Source of the DNA: a virus
Lineage: Duplodnaviria; Caudoviricetes
DNA length: 24,194 bases
Reading direction: 5' to 3' (one strand)
IMG/VR virus record: IMGVR_UViG_3300037484_001321
Coordinates: 1-24,194 of that record
Below the pieces are notes generated by a model. It saw only the letters and a program-made list of their open reading frames with translations. It was not told where the DNA came from and made no database searches. Both the position numbers and the translations under genes were made by a program. Positions 17,327 through 24,194 of the stretch are shown here, one piece after another (position 1 is the stretch's first letter; each line of letters starts with the position of its first letter).

Positions 17327-18734
17327 TTATTGTTTCCTCTCTGTAGATATTACTTAATAGATCTTTTCCATATTTTAATTTTTGACAGCAAGCCATCAAA
17401 CCCTTGGTTTCCTGCGTGATCCGTCCCAATCTTATCTTAATTTGATCTAAATCATTTGGGGGGTTAAGGGCGAGGGTGTCTTTCATGGATGCACTACCAT
17501 TTAAATAGTATTTATATTCGTCTGCCTGGTATTTTAATCGATGTGTATATGCTATGCCATCAGATATATCGGCAGATGTATCCTGTTCGTCCACGTTAAC
17601 TCCGTCTTCCGTCGAGATTGAATATATTTTAGGGTTGCCATTTATTATAGAAGATAATATTTGAATTTTGTCAGAAGCAGCGGCGTCGTCGGCCAACGTA
17701 ATTATACAAGGCGAGGATCCCGTCAAATTTTGACTAGGGAGTGTTGCTTGGACTTGCAAGGTGCCCTCCTTTTCCGACCCTGTTCCTCCAAGATTTCCAT
17801 CGTCCCCCTTAAACAATAAAACATCAGTATTTCTAGTTTGAGTCGTTGTAACGTTGGGAATATATGTAGATGGTAGGACCCGTGCATTTCTTTCAGGCTG
17901 GCATCCCCATACCACCTGCCCGTTAGGGTGCGTCGTAGGATCTCCAGCCCAAGGCGCCGCGGAGGGGGAGGCCGTGAGGTTGGCAAACCTTTCTTGAGCA
18001 ACGGCCGCCTGCAGATGCGTGTCCATCCACCCTTCGTGCTTCCACATTGCAAAATAAGCCAAAGCGGTTGTACAAGGCAACGCGCCAGTTGTGCAATTGG
18101 CACCCACGGTGAGTCTGTTGGAGGTTGATAAGCTCCCAGTGGCGGATGATATATCTACCGCCCCCTGTGCTACGCCGTTGACATAAGATACGGCAAAACC
18201 AGAACGATCAAAAAAGAAAATAACATGATTCCACGCTCGATCAACAACGGCAGCAAGAATATTAGGAGCAGATGGTATATTTGCGTATAACAGCGAGGTC
18301 GCCGTTCTAAACCTGTATGCCACAACGGCACCCGAATCTTTATCAACAACATACGCGGTAGCGGTTGTCGGCCAAATTACAAATTCTACCACAAAATCTT
18401 CTGTTGTAATGTCTCCAGTCGATGATGCTGCGGCCTTAAAGTAACTTCCAGAGTTAAATAAAACAGAATCATCATTGTCGCCCAGAAGCGGTGAGCCGAA
18501 ATTATAAGTTGGTGTCTGCGCGCCAGACGTAAAAACCAGTTCATCACCGTAGTCCCACGATGGCCAATTCGTAATAGCTGCGTCACCCCCCTTATATCTA
18601 ACCATGGGTGCGACAGTTATCCCATTAATTGTTAAATTGGGGTCTAAATTATCGACACCACTATCAACAGATTCTAACACCTTTAATGTAGGGTTCTGAA
18701 CCTTAATATTGTTATGAATGAACCCGTAAACCAT
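17298..18734 (-). CDS. LamG/ConA-like adhesin with frameshifted C-terminus (possible decaying gene; ancestral stop at 17350-17352)
   Basis: LamG motifs DFVVEF, WNHVIFFFDR, YVNG, LTVG; WGCQPE..PSTYIP motif; second LamG (YYLNG, QIKI) broken by an ATCTT duplication at 17429-17438. Confidence 0.75.
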   Translation of the reverse strand: MVYGFIHNNIKVQNPTLKVLESVDSGVDNLDPNLTINGITVAPMVRYKGGDAAITNWPSWDYGDELVFTSGAQTPTYNFGSPLLGDNDDSVLFNSGSYFKAAASSTGDITTEDFVVEFVIWPTTATAYVVDKDSGAVVAYRFRTATSLLYANIPSAPNILAAVVDRAWNHVIFFFDRSGFAVSYVNGVAQGAVDISSATGSLSTSNRLTVGANCTTGALPCTTALAYFAMWKHEGWMDTHLQAAVAQERFANLTASPSAAPWAGDPTTHPNGQVVWGCQPERNARVLPSTYIPNVTTTQTRNTDVLLFKGDDGNLGGTGSEKEGTLQVQATLPSQNLTGSSPCIITLADDAAASDKIQILSSIINGNPKIYSISTEDGVNVDEQDTSADISDGIAYTHRLKYQADEYKYYLNGSASMKDTLALNPPNDLDQIKIRLGRITQETKGLMACCQKLKYGKDLLSNIYREETINVLSLVDRK

Positions 18735-18741
18735 AATAATT

Positions 18742-18788
18742 GTGAACTACCCATTTGCTAAAGACCGATGGGTTTTATGCCCCGCCTT
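18742..18788 (-). mobile_element. 47-bp IS200/IS605-type palindromic mini-element (PATE-like remnant)
   Basis: Minus strand TTAT|AAGGCGGGGCATAAAACCCATCGGTCTTTAGCAAATGGGTAGTTCAC|: imperfect hairpin CCCAT...ATGGG with CTTTAG apex, TCAC right end, TTAT target motif, no target duplication. Confidence 0.7.
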
Positions 18789-19887
18789 ATAAATAATTTT
18801 GCCCAATATTGGCATAATAATTTACGCCGTCGTACAACAAGTTTGCAATATCCATTGCGCCTGACGCAGAGGTAATCACTGGCTTCACGCCATCGGGCCA
18901 TTTAGTATTTGTTGGCCAAACAATGTCCTTAGGTGCAGATGGATGTTGTATAATTATCAACAAATAATTTCCGCCAGAATTGCTATTGCTAAAACTGGCA
19001 GTGACATGTCCTGTTGCTGACCCGAGGTCTAAAAACTGAACGTTACCGTCATTCCAATTGATGGAAGCCGAAGTAGACGTAGGCGTGACAGTAGTAGATA
19101 ACTCAGAATAAATCTGACCGTGAGCCTTCAGAGACCCTGACGCAGTAATAATAGATCCAGCAGAACAAGAAAGAGTAAGATGTCTAACGACGCTATATAA
19201 GTTGCTCGCTGTGCCGCCAAGAATTAATGAACCTTGCACGCCAACGGTGGCGCCATAAAAAGTAACGCCGTTGGAAACAGAAATGCCGCTTGCATTCATT
19301 ATAGTAAGCACGCCAGTTGCTGTTCTATATATGTTGCCAACAGCTGTTGTGGTACCAAAATTTAAAGCGCCGCTTATTGCAATCACCGATCCAGATAAAC
19401 GAAGCGTGGACGACCCGTCGTCATTATATATTTTACCGCGAACCTTAGTGTCGCCAAGAACGGTAACATCCTCAGACGCACTAAGTGTACCAGATACAAT
19501 TATGGTCGATCCCGCCGACGAGGTAAGAATTATAGGGCCAAGATATCCCCTAATGAAAAAATTGGAGAGCGTCTCAGACAAAGATGCATGGTTGGTGGAG
19601 CGCCCACCAATAAAATACGATGAAGCATAAGTGACGCCGCCGCAAGACACGGCCCCCTCTGCGTATAATGTTTTTTCTACCCTCAGAGACCCGCTTACAT
19701 ATACCTGTTCCGATGTAAGCTGGCTCGATCCAGACAATATCAAAACGCCATCCGCAACAATATGACCGCTACGCGAAGCAGGCTGGACGGGAAAGTAAAG
19801 ATTTCCGCTCAAAGAAACAGGACCGTTGGCTGACGAAAGAATGAGACTCGAAACAGGATTAAAAACCTTATTTGTCATTATTGCCAT
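18787..19887 (-). CDS. Tail fibre/virion appendage protein
   Basis: Ser/Gly/Thr-rich beta-repeat shaft; C-terminal INW..GN.Q...LIIIQ...IVWP...KW..G..P..T....DI...YDG.NYY domain common at phage fibre ends. Confidence 0.75.
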   Translation of the reverse strand: MAIMTNKVFNPVSSLILSSANGPVSLSGNLYFPVQPASRSGHIVADGVLILSGSSQLTSEQVYVSGSLRVEKTLYAEGAVSCGGVTYASSYFIGGRSTNHASLSETLSNFFIRGYLGPIILTSSAGSTIIVSGTLSASEDVTVLGDTKVRGKIYNDDGSSTLRLSGSVIAISGALNFGTTTAVGNIYRTATGVLTIMNASGISVSNGVTFYGATVGVQGSLILGGTASNLYSVVRHLTLSCSAGSIITASGSLKAHGQIYSELSTTVTPTSTSASINWNDGNVQFLDLGSATGHVTASFSNSNSGGNYLLIIIQHPSAPKDIVWPTNTKWPDGVKPVITSASGAMDIANLLYDGVNYYANIGQNYL

Positions 19888-19890
19888 ATT

Positions 19891-21702
19891 TTATGTCCCC
19901 ACCATAACCACAGAACCCGAAATCCCAGTGAATGTGTGAAATTCATCACCATTTATATCGTCTCTTGAAATTTTAATTCCATCAAGATAAACAAAACCCA
20001 AATTGCCACTTAATGTTTGATAATCAGCATTTATATCTGTAGATAAATCAAGACGGGCCCCGCCGCGCAAAGAATACCCATATCCAGTATTTCCGCTTCC
20101 AATAAGTAATGTTTCACACTTTAGAGAACAACGACGATCTCTCAACTCTACGCCATTCACGCATTTATCTATAGAACCCTTAAAAAGATATGCAGTAGAA
20201 AAGACTCCCTGACTGCCAGCGTTAGAATCTAAAGTAATCCCGTTTCCGAGTGATTTTTTTATCATCCAGGAGCTTTCGGACGAAACAGACCTTACGACAG
20301 AATCTGAAAGATACAAAGCTGCGAAATAAGATGAAGGATTATTTTTTACATCAATTGATACATTACCTAGCCGCAAAGAAGAATTATATGCTGTTATAGG
20401 GGATTCCATAATCATACATCCGCCGTCAAAAGCAACAGGCGCATTAAATATATATATCCCATACGGATCTGGGAGCTGAGATGCTGTAAACATTACCCCG
20501 CTAAATATTATTGTTGCAGCAAGATCTGAAGATACCTCATAGGGCATGCCGCCTTGTATTTTGATGTAGGAATAATTAGAATAATCGATTATTGCGGCGG
20601 GTTGCACTATTTCTACGATGGATGTGCTATTTACTGCAGGAGAAAATCTTCCTGCGAAATTAAAATATGTACCAGAATGTTCTCTTATTCCTTTTATTTG
20701 TCCAGACCCAGACCCAGAAATAACCTTCATAAAGTAATCTTCATATTGGTTGGCGACGAAGCCAGGATCTGCAATCAAATTAAAATTATGAGTCGTAGGA
20801 GATAACGAAACACTCATTTGAGATGTTGCTGGGACTCTGATTAGCCCATCTTTACTTTGCACTACAATTTTTGCGTCATAAGAGGCAAAAGCGTTGGCGC
20901 TCATAAAGGTATATCTGGTAAACTCCTCAAGAGCACCAACAGAATGTGTGCCGCTAGATAATAATAGTGTAGCACGATACGGAATACCGTTAGGCAAAGA
21001 ACGCAAGGCGCCAACTATAGTCTGAAATGAACCATGTGCATCAGCGATAGCTTGATCTGTAACTAAAACTGTAGAACTATCAACTCCTACGGACGGATCC
21101 ACACCAATATAGACAACTTCAGTAAGATAGGCGTCAGATAATGTTTTTTCCTTATATATAATATTTCCAGACAAATAGATCAAGCCCACAGAAGAAGAAA
21201 AAACTAAAGGACCAGTGGACGTAACGGAACCGCTATGGAGGAAGAGATCGCGGGTTTTCAAGGAAGAATACCCTTTCACGGCAACGGCGCCTGCAGTCGA
21301 CCCAGTTTCATCTGTCTCAATCGTTTCAAAGCGAGATTGCGACTCGCTCCAAATAAAACCCCTATTCTCTCCCGTTCCTCTCTCTACAATAAACCCAGCA
21401 TCGTACGAGGGAGGAAGCACACTTTGACTGGCGGCAAGAATAAGAAGTGGATCAAATATGGCCAAGTTGGAAGACGAGATGATGGTCGTCACACCTTTTA
21501 CATAAACATCACCATCAATAACAATACCACCGCCTTCGACAACTACGTTGCCAGAGAGTACAATATCAGACACCGAGGAAGAAAGCACAAGGCTGCCTGA
21601 CGGATTTTTAATTTTCCCTTGAACGGAAAGGTCATTATAAATTGAAAAGTTGTCAGAGCCAGTTATCGGCACCATACCGCGTGCTATTTCTATTCTCGCC
21701 AT
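19891..21702 (-). CDS. Tail fibre/spike with probable C-terminal beta-helix
   Basis: N-terminal D.L..L......DAG..VERG.....FIW.ES fibre motif; YIGVDP..G.D...FQTI..AL..LP helix-cap motif followed by beta-helix-like repeats. Confidence 0.7.
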   Translation of the reverse strand: MARIEIARGMVPITGSDNFSIYNDLSVQGKIKNPSGSLVLSSSVSDIVLSGNVVVEGGGIVIDGDVYVKGVTTIISSSNLAIFDPLLILAASQSVLPPSYDAGFIVERGTGENRGFIWSESQSRFETIETDETGSTAGAVAVKGYSSLKTRDLFLHSGSVTSTGPLVFSSSVGLIYLSGNIIYKEKTLSDAYLTEVVYIGVDPSVGVDSSTVLVTDQAIADAHGSFQTIVGALRSLPNGIPYRATLLLSSGTHSVGALEEFTRYTFMSANAFASYDAKIVVQSKDGLIRVPATSQMSVSLSPTTHNFNLIADPGFVANQYEDYFMKVISGSGSGQIKGIREHSGTYFNFAGRFSPAVNSTSIVEIVQPAAIIDYSNYSYIKIQGGMPYEVSSDLAATIIFSGVMFTASQLPDPYGIYIFNAPVAFDGGCMIMESPITAYNSSLRLGNVSIDVKNNPSSYFAALYLSDSVVRSVSSESSWMIKKSLGNGITLDSNAGSQGVFSTAYLFKGSIDKCVNGVELRDRRCSLKCETLLIGSGNTGYGYSLRGGARLDLSTDINADYQTLSGNLGFVYLDGIKISRDDINGDEFHTFTGISGSVVMVGT

Positions 21703-21723
21703 AAGGATACTCCCCGCAATATA

Positions 21724-22647
21724 CTATAGATCAAAATAGCCCTGCTCTAGATACTTTTTTGCTTTTGCTATAGACAATTTCTTATAATCTTCTTTTTTAA
21801 GGTATGGGTTTTCTTTACTGAACTTAAAAGCAGCATATATAAACTTAAAGTTGGATGCTGGGATCCTTCCTTTATAACCCCATAAACCTTTTTCTTTTGA
21901 CGTTTGAGAGCTTATTTTTTCTCCCTGACCGCCATATTCGCGCGCTATATCCCAATCTGGCGTCAGCTTAGATTTATCTGGTATGAGCATTTCTATAATA
22001 ACAGGTTTTCCATAAATTCCCTGTCGTGAAGATGCATATTCAGCATGATGTTGAGCCTCATCAAATAATGAAGAAAAAAATACTAAATCATCATGATGTA
22101 CTAACTGTGGATAATTCGAGGGTCTCTTAGCTGGCATCAAACCGTATCGCAAAAGCGTATCAAGATAGGAAGAACTTGTACCATGATACACAATGTCAGG
22201 AATAACACCTTTCATCTTCTTTTTGGGGGTTGAATATATATCATCATGCGCAGTGTAATATTCAACCCCGCTCAATTTAAGCTGGTTCACTATCTTTTTC
22301 AGGAAAATAGAAGATTGAGGATCATATTGAGGATACAACACAGGGCTTAAGATTAATTTATTTTTATTAATATAACCTATTACGGCTGATGGCGGGTGGG
22401 GGCGGTCGTCAAGGCGGTCTTCTACGTCTTGAATTGTATATGGGTGGTCAGGAAACTTAAAGCCAAACTTTTCACCTATTTCTTTTTGAAATTCTTCTGG
22501 TATCTCGCCGTCATGTTCATCATTTATAATCCACACAGAATCCCGTACAGCCAAAATTGTATCACGATCTCCAGTTTTTTTGCCTCGTACTCTCAGCTCA
22601 TCAAGAGATATTACAGTCTCGATAAGAAGTTTCTTTAGTGAAATCAT
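21724..22647 (-). CDS. ADP-ribosyltransferase-fold (Tpt1/KptA C-lobe-like) protein
   Basis: YHGTS...L..LL..GL.P, VFFS, A..HA..A, G.PVIIE, YKGRIP motifs in the C-terminal half; ATGA overlap with the HNH stop. Confidence 0.72.
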   Translation of the reverse strand: MISLKKLLIETVISLDELRVRGKKTGDRDTILAVRDSVWIINDEHDGEIPEEFQKEIGEKFGFKFPDHPYTIQDVEDRLDDRPHPPSAVIGYINKNKLILSPVLYPQYDPQSSIFLKKIVNQLKLSGVEYYTAHDDIYSTPKKKMKGVIPDIVYHGTSSSYLDTLLRYGLMPAKRPSNYPQLVHHDDLVFFSSLFDEAQHHAEYASSRQGIYGKPVIIEMLIPDKSKLTPDWDIAREYGGQGEKISSQTSKEKGLWGYKGRIPASNFKFIYAAFKFSKENPYLKKEDYKKLSIAKAKKYLEQGYFDL

Positions 22648-23249
22648 ATCTTATTACCCTTGCTTATGTTTTCTGCCGCCCACAGAGGACGAAGATTAAA
22701 CCAATGACAAACCTTTTTAAACTCTTTTATGTCTGTTAGATCGGCCGTCGACAGTGGAATGATGTGATCTATGTGCCAGTCGCCGTAATTTTCCCAGTTC
22801 ATGCCAGGTTGAAATTGTTGTTCGATCCACCGCTTCAATTCTAAAGCAGAACAGCCAAGGTCGCGAACAGCAGACCCAGCCTTATACCCGTCTTTAAGTA
22901 TGTGGTTTAATCTCCTCCTAAGATTGCAAGCGAGCCTGGCTGCTGGACTGAACCTTCTGCGCTGGGTGACGTATTTTGTCGTGTATGCTATAATTTGTTT
23001 TCGATTTTTGTCGTAATATTTTTTATCATTTAAAGACTTATTTGGAGAAACTTTAGGCTTTATCCCTTTTTCTTTATTCTCGTAGTAACGATTTTTTGCT
23101 TTTTCTTTTAACCGCTCACGATCTTGTCTGTATTGAATATTGCGACACTCTTTGCATTTAGGATAAAATCCATCTTTACGGGAAGCTCCTTTGTGAAAAA
23201 AACATAACTCTTTTTCTACGTAACATTTTGTACATTTTTTTAAAATCAT
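22644..23249 (-). CDS. Free-standing HNH homing endonuclease
   Basis: N-terminal CTKC...CKEC, basic helical linker, MNWENYGDWHIDHIIP...HWFNLRPLW..EN.SK. Confidence 0.9.
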   Translation of the reverse strand: MILKKCTKCYVEKELCFFHKGASRKDGFYPKCKECRNIQYRQDRERLKEKAKNRYYENKEKGIKPKVSPNKSLNDKKYYDKNRKQIIAYTTKYVTQRRRFSPAARLACNLRRRLNHILKDGYKAGSAVRDLGCSALELKRWIEQQFQPGMNWENYGDWHIDHIIPLSTADLTDIKEFKKVCHWFNLRPLWAAENISKGNKI

Positions 23250-23252
23250 ATT

Positions 23253-24194
23253 TTAAATCCCATTTGATACTGGTAAAATTGAGGTCAGAATGAACATGCC
23301 CACCCAAATACCCATGGGGACATTTGCAAGCTGGCGACGGAGGTTGTCTGCCTGATTCATTTCTTCTGCCGCCAGTTTATCGTAGGTCATAGAATCTAGC
23401 CACTCTTTTATTTCCATACGAAGCATTTCTTTTTCCTGTTGTGCCTCTGCTGCCAAGGCTGGGCCGTTGAGTATAAGCTCACCATTTGGAATTGGAACGG
23501 TAGAAATTTTGCCTCGAATCTGTCCCAATATCTCTTTTGCGAGAGCTAGCGCATATCTACGTATCCACTGTCTTCCCATGGAATTAATTCTATTATATTC
23601 AATATTTCCAAAAGGAACATTGGACAAATTTGATACGCCGCGAGTAAACGGATCGTCATCTGCAAAAACAGAATCTGCCCCGCCGTTGAGATAATACGTA
23701 AAATGCAATCTGTATGCGGTAGTTGGAACAGGGAAAACAGTAACAATATTGTTTACAATATTGAAAGAATAATTAGATCGTCTAATTCTATGGCTCTGTT
23801 CTAGCTGTTGAGCACGAAGAACGTCTTCCCATACTGGCAAAAGGTAAAAAATCGTTTCAGGAGTAAACGACTCAAAGCTGAACTGATTATGTAGGTAGTT
23901 GACAGCTGAAGTGGTATCGAAGAAGCGATAGGCCGCTGTCGGTGAGAAATGGAAAATATCTCTAATCTCTGCAGTCTGTAGCGGCGGCACTGCAAGACCC
24001 GAAGCACTCAATAGAACCTTCAGATCATAATTCTGTCTGCCAGGTATCATATCTATTGACGCAGAATATAATGTTCTAGTTCCTCCCACTCCAGCTTCAG
24101 TGCTGTAACCGCCAGCCAGTCGTTTGGCAAGAGACAGATCCATTCTCGGAACCTTGTTTTGTTCTCCCCCCAGAGACCCAGTAGGCGACCCGAT
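23253..24194 (-). CDS. Neck/head-tail adaptor (T4 gp13-like), 5' end outside the window
   Basis: Frame is open to the right edge (IGSPTGSLGGEQNKVPR precedes the listed Met). Q.YDL, IRRSNYSF, WIRRYALALAKE.LG.IRGK...VPIP.....LNG..L motifs. Confidence 0.85.
   Translation of the reverse strand: MGSPTGSLGGEQNKVPRMDLSLAKRLAGGYSTEAGVGGTRTLYSASIDMIPGRQNYDLKVLLSASGLAVPPLQTAEIRDIFHFSPTAAYRFFDTTSAVNYLHNQFSFESFTPETIFYLLPVWEDVLRAQQLEQSHRIRRSNYSFNIVNNIVTVFPVPTTAYRLHFTYYLNGGADSVFADDDPFTRGVSNLSNVPFGNIEYNRINSMGRQWIRRYALALAKEILGQIRGKISTVPIPNGELILNGPALAAEAQQEKEMLRMEIKEWLDSMTYDKLAAEEMNQADNLRRQLANVPMGIWVGMFILTSILPVSNGI

Noticed and set aside
17723-18586. Alternative-frame minus ORFs inside the LamG gene
   Set aside because: The main frame has continuous LamG motifs there; the alternatives have none.
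1-24194. Stop-codon reassignment
   Set aside because: Code 11 gives near-complete coding density, and TAA, TAG (e.g. 3665, 8009, 14848) and TGA (565, 22644) all end genes at tight junctions.

Overview
A 24 kb segment of a large myovirus (contractile-tailed dsDNA phage, T4-type neck/tail/baseplate gene set), standard genetic code, with all real genes on the minus strand. Order in the direction of transcription (right to left): gp13-like neck (partial), HNH endonuclease, ADP-ribosyltransferase-fold protein, three fibre/spike or LamG adhesin genes, small Ig-like virion protein, gp14-like neck, exported trypsin-like protease, 2H phosphoesterase, gp15-like tail terminator, sheath, tube, Hef-like nuclease/GNAT fusion, gp26/gp51-like chaperone pair, orphan, tape measure, tube initiator, LysM wedge, hub, a short thumb-less PolA, a lipoprotein and a partial HREDGPA-repeat protein missed by the ORF track. 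Main observations: (i) a T7 slippery run that could fuse the two chaperone ORFs by a +1/-2 frameshift; (ii) strong enrichment of [ST]-[GA]-S tripeptides in surface-exposed virion proteins only, a candidate modification sequon; (iii) a minimal PolA with an altered steric gate; (iv) a 47-bp IS200/IS605-type palindromic mini-element next to a LamG gene frameshifted by a 5-bp duplication; (v) two promoter classes, TANTTA before structural genes and sigma70-like before inserted genes; (vi) candidate anti-defence enzymes embedded in the virion module. Family calls come from motif recognition by eye; no searches were run.
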